A DNA stretch of 64,000 nt from Phototrophicaceae bacterium (GCA_965214105.1 OZ243934.1:96374-160373), one strand, 5' to 3'. Positions 1 through 8,895 are shown, counted from the stretch's first letter. The notes: a model not told the origin generated them from the letters alone. Numbers and translations are program-made.

Positions 1-1065
1 GAGCTTCGCCTGCCACTGCGCCAGCCATTCCGCTTTTAGCGCGCTGATTTCCCCCGCGACGGCGGCTAGGCGCGCTTGGGAGGCGCCTTTGGAACGCTGG
101 CGAACCGCTTCGACCAAGCCCTGCAAGATGAGGCTCGCATCGCCGACCAGCCCGGCGTCGACAGGAACATCTTTATTGATGTCGGCTGGATCCAAGGTCG
201 CGTGAATAACGCGCTTGCCAGCCGGAATCGTGACACCGAAGGCGGTCCGCGTGAAGCTGCAGCCAATGCCAAAAATCAGATCCGCTTTCTGAAGGAAGTG
301 ATGCACCGTTTTGGGGATTGCCCGCCCGCCGGAACCCAATGCCAATGGATGATCTTCCGGGAAGGCGCTCTTGCCGCCCAAGCTCGTCGTGACCGCCGCG
401 CCGAGCAGCTCAGCCAATGTTTTCAGCGGCGCCCAAGCTTGGGCATAATGCACGCCCTGCCCGGCGTAGATTACCGGGCATTCCGCCGCCAGCAGCGCTT
501 CGGCTGCGGCTTCTATCGATGCGCTGTCGGGTCCGTAGCGCAGAACCGGCGCCGGCTGCGGCTCGAAGGAATCTGGGATTTCTTCGGCGAAAATATCGGC
601 CGGGAATTCCACCAGGACGGGGCGGGGCCTGCCATTGCGGACTTGGGTAAAAGCGCGCCGCATCGCTTCTGGCGCCGCTTCTGGCACTGTGACCTGCTCG
701 CAAGATTTCGTCACCGGCCGATAATTCAGCGCCGAGCTGAAATTTGGTTGGATTTGGTTGATGCGCCGCGGGTAGCCAGCCGGCAAGACGACGATCGGCG
801 CCGAATCGCCATACGCTTGGGCGACGCCGCCAAAAGCATTTTCGGAGCCGGGACCGCTCTGCATACAGAATACGCCAATCTTTTCACCGGCCGTCACACG
901 GCTCAGCGCGTCAGCCATGTGCAGCCCGATGCGCTCCTGCCGGACGATAATCGGGCGGATGCCCAGCTTGGCGGCCGCTTCGATAAGCGGGTTTACCGGG
1001 TAGGCAAAAAGGTACTCGACCCCTTCTGCCTTCAGCACTTTGGCGACTGCGTCGGCAACTTTCAT
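1..1065 (-). CDS. thiamine-pyrophosphate-dependent enzyme (acetolactate synthase-like), N-terminal 355 codons; gene runs off the window start
   Basis: Own translation of the minus strand from ATG at 1065-1063 gives MKVADAVAKVLKAEGVEYLFAYPVNPLIEAAAKLGIRPIIVRQERIGLHMADALS..., a typical TPP_enzyme_N start. GGAAGG RBS lies 6 nt upstream. It is absent from the ORF track because no stop falls in the window. The listed + ORF 76..1086 is its antisense shadow. Confidence 0.8.
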   Translation of the reverse strand, partial: MKVADAVAKVLKAEGVEYLFAYPVNPLIEAAAKLGIRPIIVRQERIGLHMADALSRVTAGEKIGVFCMQSGPGSENAFGGVAQAYGDSAPIVVLPAGYPRRINQIQPNFSSALNYRPVTKSCEQVTVPEAAPEAMRRAFTQVRNGRPRPVLVEFPADIFAEEIPDSFEPQPAPVLRYGPDSASIEAAAEALLAAECPVIYAGQGVHYAQAWAPLKTLAELLGAAVTTSLGGKSAFPEDHPLALGSGGRAIPKTVHHFLQKADLIFGIGCSFTRTAFGVTIPAGKRVIHATLDPADINKDVPVDAGLVGDASLILQGLVEAVRQRSKGASQARLAAVAGEISALKAEWLAQWQAKL

Positions 1066-1201
1066 CGTTTGCCTTCCGCTATTTGACCGCTTGCGCAAGT
1101 CTTGAACCTAGTACGATGGTATCATGCCAGCCGCGCCAGGTCAAAATATGGTGACAATGGCAGGCATCAATTCTTTTACGCAGGTTGGGGCGCTTGCGTC
1201 G

Positions 1202-1255
1202 CAGGGCAATCGTTTCAACCTGGTTAGCCAGCGAGCCACCGAGACAGAGAAAGCC
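1202..1255. repeat. diverged solo copy of the C-type terminal repeat (CAATCGYTTCAAC family)
   Basis: CAGGGCAATCGTTTCAACCTGG...GAGACAGAGAAAGC resembles the left terminus of the element at 34569 (CCAGGACAATCGCTTCAACTGT...ACACAGAGAGCGC). Confidence 0.3.
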
Positions 1256-1297
1256 TAGCTAGCGGCGCAGGCGGCTGGCTGACAGGCGCCCAGTTGC

Positions 1298-2236
1298 CTA
1301 CTGGATGCGCCGGCGATTGATTTCAAAGCGGAAGATATCGTCTCTGGCATAGCCGCCGGTGACATCCAGCGTCATCTGTTCTTCGCTGATGCGGCTTAGG
1401 TCCAGGTCGGCATAGAGGATCGTCTCTTCGCCATAAACTGGCTCGACCAGGTATGCGCCATCGGGGGCGATGACCGCGCTGCCGCCATTCAGCAGCAGGG
1501 CATCCGCCGACGCAGACCAGCCAGGCAGCAGGTCCAGCTCGGTGGGAAAGTCAGACGCGGGCATGATGCTGCCGATGGCAAGCACAAAAGTACGCCCCTC
1601 GAAGGCATAATGACGACTGGCGATTTGGTGCATTTCTTTGACGGCGGGCCACAGTGCCAGGTGGATGGCTTCGTTGCTGATGTGCAGCGCCTGGCGGGCA
1701 TGGGGCATCCAGTGTTCCCAGCAGATGAGGCTGCCCACGCGCCCGGCGGCGGTATCGACCGCGCTCAAACCAGCGCCATCGCCCGGCGCCCAAAGCAACT
1801 GCTCGGTGTAAGTGGGGCGGAGCTTGCGGTGGTGGTTGGCGATCGCGCCGTCGGCGTCAATCGTTACGATGCTGTTGTAGAGGCTGCGGTTGCCGCGCCC
1901 GCTGGCGACGCGTTCGTTGAAGCCCAGCACGAGGACGATGCCCTGCTCGCGCGCATGACCCCGAAGCCGATTCAGCTCGGGGCTATCGAGCGCCAGGCTG
2001 TTGCTGGCTAAGCGGGCATAGAGGCGCTTGGTCGGCGGATGATCCCAACGGGCATAATCCAGCGCATAATCCAGCCAAGCCGGGTAGCCGGGGAAGAAAG
2101 TCTCGCCGAATGCAACCAGCTGCGCGCCCCGCCCCGCCGCCTCGCTGATTAGCGAAAGCGCTTTGGCGACCGTTCGCGCCAGGTCATAATAAACAGGGCG
2201 AGCCTGAACCAGGGCGACGCGGACGCATTTGCCCAT
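1298..2236 (-). CDS. nitrilase / carbon-nitrogen hydrolase family protein
   Basis: 312-aa ORF with catalytic triad contexts GETFFPGY (Glu), HRKLRPT (Lys) and LICWEHWMP (Cys). Confidence 0.9.
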   Translation of the reverse strand: MGKCVRVALVQARPVYYDLARTVAKALSLISEAAGRGAQLVAFGETFFPGYPAWLDYALDYARWDHPPTKRLYARLASNSLALDSPELNRLRGHAREQGIVLVLGFNERVASGRGNRSLYNSIVTIDADGAIANHHRKLRPTYTEQLLWAPGDGAGLSAVDTAAGRVGSLICWEHWMPHARQALHISNEAIHLALWPAVKEMHQIASRHYAFEGRTFVLAIGSIMPASDFPTELDLLPGWSASADALLLNGGSAVIAPDGAYLVEPVYGEETILYADLDLSRISEEQMTLDVTGGYARDDIFRFEINRRRIQ

Positions 2237-2254
2237 CGAGACCGAAGCCCGGCG

Positions 2255-2554
2255 CTAGCCGTCGAGCACCGCGCGAACGCGGAACTGCTCGCTGTCGCTA
2301 GCGGGGGCATTGGCGAGCGCCTCGGCGACTGGCAGCGCTGGGCTTGCCTGATCGAGGCGCATCACATTGGTCAAGGGCAGCACGGAGGAAGTGGGGTCGA
2401 TATGCGAGGTATCCAATTCTTCTAGCTTTTGAAAGTAATCCAAGATGGCGGAGAGCTGGCGCTGATAGCGGGCGACATCGCGCTCGCTCAATTCCAGGCG
2501 CGCCAAATCGGCAATGGCGCGGACGTCCGCAGCTGACAGTGTCGATTCCGCCAT
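2255..2554 (-). CDS. gatC: Asp-tRNA(Asn)/Glu-tRNA(Gln) amidotransferase subunit C
   Basis: ORF 2255..2587. The internal ATG at 2554 is preceded by a GAGGTGA RBS. Sequence LARLELSERDVARYQRQLSAILDYFQKLEELDT...PLTNVMRLD fits the GatC pattern. Confidence 0.85.
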   Translation of the reverse strand: MAESTLSAADVRAIADLARLELSERDVARYQRQLSAILDYFQKLEELDTSHIDPTSSVLPLTNVMRLDQASPALPVAEALANAPASDSEQFRVRAVLDG

Positions 2555-2645
2555 GGCTTCACCTCGGCAAGTTTGCTCACTCGGCACCAGTGTAACGCGC
2601 CTCGCCCGCGCTTCACAGGCTCAAGTCGGCGGGGAGCGGGCGGCC

Positions 2646-2679
2646 GGGCAATCGCTTCAACTGTTTTTTCGCCACAGAG
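2646..2679. repeat. solo C-type terminal repeat abutting the IS110 element
   Basis: GGGCAATCGCTTCAACTGTTTTTTCGCCACAGAG is near-identical to the left terminus of the element at 34569-34605. Confidence 0.45.
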
Positions 2680-2738
2680 TTGCTCGCCCGTAATTCGGGG
2701 CAGCCACAAAAACACAACCATGTCGCGAATGCGAGCGT

Positions 2739-3968
2739 TTAGATAGTTTCAGGGAATCGTAACTTCATCCGACTCGGATTATACGGTAAACCGCCGTGGC
2801 GGCCTTGATGATATAAACTGGTCATGGCTTTATTGCAGCACGCGGATACTGATTTGCGAAAGCCTGCTTTAGCTCTATATTGTACTTGCCACTGTTTCAA
2901 TGGGTGCTCATGGTTTCGCAATAACCAATTACGCATTTGCATGAGGAGATGTCGCTTGGCATGATTATTTCCTAAGGCTTTCGAGGTTTTAAGGACTTTC
3001 CCGGCAGAAACAAGAGTGTTCGGGGCGACCCCTAAAGCCTTACACCAAGCTCTTGATGTTGAATATCGTTGCCAAAAGTCCGATCCCATTTCACCAATTA
3101 GTCGTAAAGCTACGAGCCAGTTTACTCCTGGTGTCGTGGACATCCAAGCGATCTGAGGCGCTAGCTCAAAATGTTCGATATGATTTAGTGCTTGTTGTTC
3201 TCGGATTCTAATTCTTTGCTCTTGAACAAGTAGGTCAATTCTTAGCACTTCAAGTTCCTGACGAAGCCAAGTCGGGAGTTCTTCCGTCTTCCCCATTGCC
3301 TCTATCAATCTTGGGCGGCTGCTAGGTGAACCTTTCCAGTGATTCTGAACAATCATTTCCGCCGCGTCCTCTGTCTGAGAAAGCGCTTCCAGAAACGCCC
3401 GGCCTGATTGGGTTCTCAACGTAGTTTCCCGGAAGATATTTATTCCAAACTGCGCAAGTTCTTGATGAACCCGTTGCTTAACTTTAGTTAATGCTTTTCT
3501 GTCGCGGTCATAATTCCGCAAGTTGCTACGAATCTCCATTTGTTGGGCATCTGGAACATTGGAAGTTCTTAGGGGAAAAGTAGCGGCTAGCATGGCTAGA
3601 TTTGTCGCATCCGCCTTATCCGACTTGCCCTCTATTCGAAGTAGTGCCGTGACTTGAGCGGGATTGATGATGTGTACATTCAGACCAAGTTTTCGGCAAG
3701 CGTGATAAAAAGTCAAATGATAATTTGCGGTCGATTCTAGAACTATGAACTCCACTTTGTTCTGTTTGAGCCACTTTGCAGCTGAATTCGCTTTTGCCTG
3801 AGTCTGAGGTATCTGCCGAATTTCCTTTGTCTGTGATTTGAAGTTCAAAAGCGAGACAACGACATAGTCTGCGTCTACATCGCAACCTGCTGTGCAGTCA
3901 TAGCGACCCGCCACAGCGAAATCGCCTTGCGAGATGCGAACGCGGTTATGTTTCGTAGATTGTACCAT
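2739..3968 (-). CDS. IS110 family transposase (DEDD recombinase)
   Basis: 409-aa ORF. N-terminal DEDD-type motifs are GCDVDADYVVV, FIVLESTANYH and GKSDKADA. The C-terminal Transposase_20-like region contains TTPGVNWLVALRLIGEMG. Confidence 0.9.
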   Translation of the reverse strand: MVQSTKHNRVRISQGDFAVAGRYDCTAGCDVDADYVVVSLLNFKSQTKEIRQIPQTQAKANSAAKWLKQNKVEFIVLESTANYHLTFYHACRKLGLNVHIINPAQVTALLRIEGKSDKADATNLAMLAATFPLRTSNVPDAQQMEIRSNLRNYDRDRKALTKVKQRVHQELAQFGINIFRETTLRTQSGRAFLEALSQTEDAAEMIVQNHWKGSPSSRPRLIEAMGKTEELPTWLRQELEVLRIDLLVQEQRIRIREQQALNHIEHFELAPQIAWMSTTPGVNWLVALRLIGEMGSDFWQRYSTSRAWCKALGVAPNTLVSAGKVLKTSKALGNNHAKRHLLMQMRNWLLRNHEHPLKQWQVQYRAKAGFRKSVSACCNKAMTSLYHQGRHGGLPYNPSRMKLRFPETI

Positions 3969-4192
3969 TGAGCCAGTAAAACAGCGGTGCAGAGGCGCTT
4001 TGAGGTTCTAAGACCTACTCTACTTTTGGGCATCAATTAAGTGCCAAGCGGCTCGTCAGTTCGCCTCCGTCCCAAACTCTGTAGGGCATACTTTCTGCCA
4101 AAGACACACGGGGATCGCGCACCGCACCAAAATTCTACAAAAAAACTGCAAGTTGTGCTAGTTTCTGCTTTGATTCATTGAGGGGTTGTGAA
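3969..4192 (-). ncRNA. candidate bridge (guide) RNA region in the IS110 left non-coding end
   Basis: About 224 nt of non-coding sequence lies immediately 5' of the transposase inside the element. In the IS110 subgroup, the bridge RNA is encoded in this position. No fold or covariance model was computed. Confidence 0.25.
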
Positions 4193-4461
4193 AGTAGACA
4201 CAGAGGGTCGCGTAGGGTCGCGGCCCCTTGCCCCAGCAAGCTAGGGAAGGGGAGCTAGGATATTGCAAACTCTATAAACTATGCCAATTCTGCTTGAATC
4301 CAAGTTCACATTAGCGATAATCACGACAAATCAGTGCTCATCCCCCCATTGCAATGGGGGACCGAGGGGGGTAAACCAAAGGGCGATCGCGAATCCTAAA
4401 GTACCGGACAAGCCCTACAACTCAGCACAAGCAAGCCTTATATCATTAATTCACCACTCCC
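4193..4461. repeat. mosaic hairpin-rich MITE-like element, copy A (left part truncated or replaced at the IS110 junction)
   Basis: Contains the 183-bp core (4233-4414), which is 182/183 identical to 39321-39503. It ends with ATTCACCACTCCC (4449-4461), the family terminal repeat. Confidence 0.75.
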
Positions 4462-4539
4462 TACAAAAAGCGTAGCTCGAAACCAAAAAGAGATTTAGGT
4501 ACACTGAAACAAAATATAAACCAATCGGGGGGCGGGAAC

Positions 4540-5082
4540 ATGCGCGCGACAGTCGAGCGGGCAGCAGCCTTGCGCTTGCTGCAGATTGAACATCAGGCGG
4601 TGGCAGCGCTGATCGACGCGCTCACAGACGAAGAAATGACCCGCCGCGACACCATTCAATATGGCATGTACTTCGACCAAGAATGCTCCTTCAAAGATTT
4701 GCTGGCGCATCTCATTTGCTATGAGGTCTATACGGTCGAGGCGATACAAGCATGGCGGAGGGACCGCGCGCATTGGGCGATTGAAGCGGTGCAAGACCCA
4801 CGGCGAGGGCGCGAGATCCATTATGGCGGCATCGCCGACCGCGCCCAGCTCAGCTTAGCGGAGCAGTTGGACGAGTATCGGGCGGTGAGCCAAGCGCTTG
4901 AGCGGGCGCTGGCCACTATGTCGGAGGCGGAATGGCGAGGCGCGCCATCGTTCTCAATCGCCGAAGCGACCGACCTAGGCGGCATGATAGAAGGCATCAT
5001 GGTTTTGCCGCCGCGTCCCATGTATCGTCACCTGCCGGTTCATATCCCTGATGCGGCGCAGTATATTCGCAGCCTGCGCTGA
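4540..5082 (+). CDS. DinB/ClbS(DfsB)-like four-helix-bundle protein (tentative)
   Basis: 180-aa ORF with good coding bias. FKDLLAHLICYEVYTVEAI resembles the conserved helix of the DinB/DfsB superfamily. Family assignment is weak. Confidence 0.45.
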   Translation: MRATVERAAALRLLQIEHQAVAALIDALTDEEMTRRDTIQYGMYFDQECSFKDLLAHLICYEVYTVEAIQAWRRDRAHWAIEAVQDPRRGREIHYGGIADRAQLSLAEQLDEYRAVSQALERALATMSEAEWRGAPSFSIAEATDLGGMIEGIMVLPPRPMYRHLPVHIPDAAQYIRSLR

Positions 5083-5155
5083 GCAAAACGCAGACAAGGC
5101 AGAGGGCGGAATCGGCGCGCTGCCTATGCTATAATGCGCGGCTGTCTGTAGAAAA

Positions 5156-6724
5156 ATGGCGCGGCGAAACGGAGTTCCCTTGCGCGTTTCCGGCTGCTTG
5201 GCGGCATTGATGCTTGTCTTGTCCTTCGCCCTGTTGACCAGCTTATGCTCGCTGACGGGCTTCAGCTGGGCGCAGCAGACCGTCGTCGACTTGAACGGAG
5301 CCGGCATGGCAGTCGATGACCCGCTTTTGACCTTGCGCTGCGTCATCAGCAGCCGCTGCGAGAGCGCGCGCCCCGACGAGCTTGAAGCGCCCCTGCTCAA
5401 ACTAAGCCCCATACGCACGGCGACGCCGACCGCGCCCGCGCGCGCGACGAGCGCCCAAACAGCCACAGTGGCAAGCACGGAAAGCGCAGCCGCCACCGCC
5501 ACCGCAACGGCGGAGCCGACTGCGCCGCCGACAAGCGCGCCACTGGCCGCCCTGCCCCGCGTTACCGACCCGCGTCAGATTCAGATTCTGCTGCTCGGCA
5601 TCGACCAGCGCAGCGCGACCGACGACCCCGGTCCCTTCCGAACCGACACGATGATGCTGCTGAGCGTCAACCCGGCGCGCAAGACCGTGGGCCTCTTGTC
5701 TTTGCCGCGCGACCTGTGGGTGGATATCCCCGGCTTTGAACAAGGCAGAATCAATACGGCGAATTTCATCGGCGATGCCAATGCCTACCCTGGCGGCGGC
5801 GGACCGGCGCTGGCGATGGAGACGGTGGCGGCTAATTTCGGCCTGCGCGTGGACAAATACCTGCTGGTTAATTTTGACGTATTCACCACAATTGTGGATA
5901 TCCTGGCCCCTAATGGCGTCCCAGTAACCGTAACCGAGTGGATCGATGACCCGGATTATCCCGATGATCAATACGGCACGATCCATGTGCAATTCGAGCC
6001 CGGTGAACAGCGAATGGATGCCGAGACATTGCTGCAATATGCCCGTACCCGCGCCACGGAGAATGGCGATTTCGACCGTGCCCGGCGGCAGCAGCAGGCG
6101 CTGGATGCGCTGCGGGCTGAAGTGCTGAACGCGGGCGGCATCATCAATTTTGCGTCGCAGGCTTTCACGCTCTGGGATGCGCTGCAGGGGAATTATCGGA
6201 CGAATCTGGAACTCAACGAGATCATCGCCCTGGGCAATCTGATGAGCGATATCGAAGGCGAGGATATCCGTTATCGCGTCATCGATACGTATTACGCGTA
6301 TCCCGGCTTGAGCCCGCAGGGGGACCAAGTCTTGTATCCCAACTTCGCCGCCATCCGCGATCTGATAATGGAGACCTTCTACGCCCAAGCGCAGTTGACG
6401 CCGGCGGAAATGAAGGCGCGCGCCGATCAAGAGAACCCGCTGGTCTATGTTTACAATGGCACGAATGTGGTCGGCTTGGCCGGCGACATGCGTGATTGGC
6501 TGGTCGCCCAGGGCTTGCGCGTCGATGGCATCGGCAATGATATAACCAACCGGCGCCAACTGACAGAAATCCTCGAATACGGCCGCTATAGCTGGACGGC
6601 GAAGCATCTGGCGCAGTTGATGGGCTTGCCCGAGGCACGGATTTCGCGCAGCGGCGATGGCCGCATCGCGCAGGGTGTGCTGGTCGCGCTGGGCGCAGAC
6701 GCGCCGGCGATCATCGGCGGCTAG
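5156..6724 (+). CDS. LytR-CpsA-Psr (LCP) family cell-envelope phosphotransferase with LytR_C domain
   Basis: N-terminal TM segment. LCP core ILLLGIDQR...RTDTMMLLSVNP...SLPRDLWVDIPG...VDKYLLVNFDVF. C-terminal VYVYNGTNVVGLAGD is LytR_C-like. Confidence 0.9.
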   Translation: MARRNGVPLRVSGCLAALMLVLSFALLTSLCSLTGFSWAQQTVVDLNGAGMAVDDPLLTLRCVISSRCESARPDELEAPLLKLSPIRTATPTAPARATSAQTATVASTESAAATATATAEPTAPPTSAPLAALPRVTDPRQIQILLLGIDQRSATDDPGPFRTDTMMLLSVNPARKTVGLLSLPRDLWVDIPGFEQGRINTANFIGDANAYPGGGGPALAMETVAANFGLRVDKYLLVNFDVFTTIVDILAPNGVPVTVTEWIDDPDYPDDQYGTIHVQFEPGEQRMDAETLLQYARTRATENGDFDRARRQQQALDALRAEVLNAGGIINFASQAFTLWDALQGNYRTNLELNEIIALGNLMSDIEGEDIRYRVIDTYYAYPGLSPQGDQVLYPNFAAIRDLIMETFYAQAQLTPAEMKARADQENPLVYVYNGTNVVGLAGDMRDWLVAQGLRVDGIGNDITNRRQLTEILEYGRYSWTAKHLAQLMGLPEARISRSGDGRIAQGVLVALGADAPAIIGG

Positions 6725-6757
6725 GCGATTGCCCACAGCGCCAGCGAAAGCGCGCCA

Positions 6758-7537
6758 ATGCGAGCCTATGCTACAATACTGGCAGAAAGAATCGTGGTTC
6801 AGGACTGGGCAATGAATGAGCAAAAGAGGGAGCCGCTGGCAAAGCTGGTTTGGCTGGATCCCTTCAGCGGCAAGACCATCGAGTACCCCTTGCACGAGGG
6901 CGACAGCATCAAGATTGGGCGCTCGGCAGTCAACGACATTCAGATCGCCGAAGGGCATGTTTCGCGCGAGCATGCCATCGTCGCCTGCCAAGACGGTGCC
7001 TTCACCGTAGACGATGTCGGCAGCGCCAATGGCACCTTCGTCAACGGCGTACAGATTTATGGCATGAACCCGCTGGCAATTGGCGATGAACTGCACTTGT
7101 TTGTCTCCGTGCTTAAGCTGCGCGAGGCGAATGACGAGGCGCCGCATGATGTCGCCGAGCGCGTATCGGCTGTCAGCGGCGACCGCGCCAGCCTGCGCAT
7201 CACGCGCGGACCACAGCGGGGGCAAATCTTCGCCTTGCTCAAGGAAGAACTGTACATTGGCCGCTCGACGCCCAGCTCCAATTGGGAGATCGCTTTGCAA
7301 GACCCGACGGTTTCCCGCCCCCATGCTTTCTTGGCGAAAGAAGACCAGCAGTGGAAACTCTTTGACCTGGGAAGCATCAACGGCACGGCGGTCAACAGCC
7401 AGCCGATCACCGGCGGCAAGGCGCATTTGCTGCGTGATGGCGATCGCATCATGTTCGGCGGCACTTTGACAGTGTTCCACACCGGGTTCCCCATGCCGCC
7501 TGCCAACGGAGAACGAGACAGAAACGGGAGCTTATGA
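6758..7537 (+). CDS. protein with two FHA domains (start may be ATG at 6812)
   Basis: Two FHA signatures: IKIGRS...VSREHAIV...GSANGTFVNG and LYIGRS...VSRPHAFL...GSINGTAVNS. Confidence 0.85.
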   Translation: MRAYATILAERIVVQDWAMNEQKREPLAKLVWLDPFSGKTIEYPLHEGDSIKIGRSAVNDIQIAEGHVSREHAIVACQDGAFTVDDVGSANGTFVNGVQIYGMNPLAIGDELHLFVSVLKLREANDEAPHDVAERVSAVSGDRASLRITRGPQRGQIFALLKEELYIGRSTPSSNWEIALQDPTVSRPHAFLAKEDQQWKLFDLGSINGTAVNSQPITGGKAHLLRDGDRIMFGGTLTVFHTGFPMPPANGERDRNGSL

Positions 7538-8895
7538 GCCAGCCAAATATCATCCTTATCATCGCCGATGACATGGGTTACGGCGATTTTGGCAGCTTCA
7601 ACAACCAGATTTCTTGCACGCCAGCGCTCGATGCTTTGCTGGGCGAAAGCATCGTGCTGACGCAGCATTACTCGGCGGCGCCGGTATGCGCGCCAGCACG
7701 GGCGGCATTGATGACGGGAAGATACGCCCTTCGCACTGGTAGCCTCGATACGCTGGAAGTGCGCGGGCTCGACCGGCTGCGGCTCGATGAAACGACGATG
7801 GCTGATGTTTTGGGCAGCGCCGGTTATGCGACTGGCTTAGTCGGCAAGTGGCATAATGGCGCGCTCGCCGAGCCTTATCACCCGCGGGCGCGCGGCTTCC
7901 AGGAATTCGTCGGCTTTCAAGGCGGTTGGAATCCCTATTATCGCTATCGGCTGGATCGCAACGGCAGCATCGAATATGGCGGCCGGGACCGCTACTTGAC
8001 CGATGTCTTCAGCGATGCCGCTATCGACTTCATCGAGCGGCACCAGCGCGAGCCATTTTTCTTGCAGCTGGCTTATAATGCGCCGCATTTCCCCTTGGAA
8101 GCGCCCGATTCGATCGCGCAGAAATATGTCGAGCAGGGCTTCAGCTTGGGCGTCAGCCTGCTCTACGCCATGATTGAGGTGATGGATGCGGGCATCGGGC
8201 GTATTATGGAGAAGCTGGACGAGCTGAGCATCGGCGATAATACGATCCTCATATTCACCAGCGACAATGGTCCCGCTTTGGGCGACTGGAATGGCTTTTC
8301 GCAGCGGCGCTTCAATTGCGGCTTCAACGGCGGCAAAGGCAATACTTACGAAGGCGGCATCCGCGTACCCTTGATTATCCGCTGGCGCCACGGGCTGGCG
8401 GGCGGAAGGCGCATCGGCGACATGGCTCACTTCACCGATTGGTTCCCCACCTTGCTGAACATGGCCGGCTTGGACGTGCCGGCGGAACTGGCGCTGGATG
8501 GCTTTGACATCTTGCCGGCGCTGCGTGGCGAAAGCGGTGGCGTCTATCCCCAGCGCTTCTGGCAGTGGAATCGCTATAGCCCGGTCGGCGCTTGCAACGC
8601 CGCCATGCGCGATGGCGACTGGAAGCTGCTGCGCCCAGCCATCTTGGAAGCGATGCAGGTCAGCCAGCAGGATACGGCGCATGACCACGCCGTCAAGTAT
8701 TTCCCCGAGCTTTATGCCGATGTCATCGCCGAGCCGGAACCAGCGCGGACGATTCCGGCTCCGCCGCCTGCCCTACTCTTCAACATCGCTGAAGACCCCT
8801 TCGAGCAGCATGACCTGGCGGCGACGCAGCCGCAGAAAGCCGCGGCGATGGAAGCCGAGCTTGAGCGCTGGTTCATCGATGTGACAGGACTGTGA
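7534..8895 (+). CDS. arylsulfatase (formylglycine-dependent sulfatase family)
   Basis: IIADDMGYGDFG and CAPARAALMTGRY (C-x-P-x-R), plus FTSDNGP. ATGA start/stop overlap with the FHA gene. Confidence 0.9.
   Translation: MSQPNIILIIADDMGYGDFGSFNNQISCTPALDALLGESIVLTQHYSAAPVCAPARAALMTGRYALRTGSLDTLEVRGLDRLRLDETTMADVLGSAGYATGLVGKWHNGALAEPYHPRARGFQEFVGFQGGWNPYYRYRLDRNGSIEYGGRDRYLTDVFSDAAIDFIERHQREPFFLQLAYNAPHFPLEAPDSIAQKYVEQGFSLGVSLLYAMIEVMDAGIGRIMEKLDELSIGDNTILIFTSDNGPALGDWNGFSQRRFNCGFNGGKGNTYEGGIRVPLIIRWRHGLAGGRRIGDMAHFTDWFPTLLNMAGLDVPAELALDGFDILPALRGESGGVYPQRFWQWNRYSPVGACNAAMRDGDWKLLRPAILEAMQVSQQDTAHDHAVKYFPELYADVIAEPEPARTIPAPPPALLFNIAEDPFEQHDLAATQPQKAAAMEAELERWFIDVTGL

Larger units (their letters stand above)
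2700..4192 (-). mobile_element. IS110-family insertion sequence (boundaries approximate, ~1.45-1.5 kb)
   Basis: AT-richer island containing one DEDD-type transposase ORF. No obvious terminal inverted repeats, as expected for IS110. It is flanked on one side by a solo C-type repeat terminus (2646-2679) and on the other by a truncated mosaic repeat (from ~4193). Confidence 0.7.

Noticed and set aside
76-1086. 336-aa + strand ORF at the window start
   Set aside because: It is Arg/Ala/Gly-rich with no motif. It lies exactly antisense to a convincing TPP-enzyme reading frame (MKVADAVAKVLKAEGVEYLF...) that has an RBS. It is a typical high-GC shadow ORF.
4383-4390. GCGATCGC (cyanobacterial HIP1-like palindrome) in the repeat core, as evidence for a HIP1-type genome-wide signal
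   Set aside because: A few other occurrences were noticed by eye (e.g. near 1840 and 7440). I cannot establish over-representation without counting, and in a high-GC genome the octamer is expected by chance fairly often.
4281-4475. 64-aa ORF (and the related 54227..54421 minus ORF) inside the repeat core
   Set aside because: The same DNA recurs as a non-coding repeat in both orientations. The reading frame is not preserved between copies (indel in the G-run, different starts and ends). The sequence is dominated by palindromes.
5402-7480. 692-aa minus-strand ORF
   Set aside because: It lies antisense to the well-supported LCP and FHA genes. Its composition is dominated by Arg/Ala/Gly/Gln runs, and it has no domain motifs.
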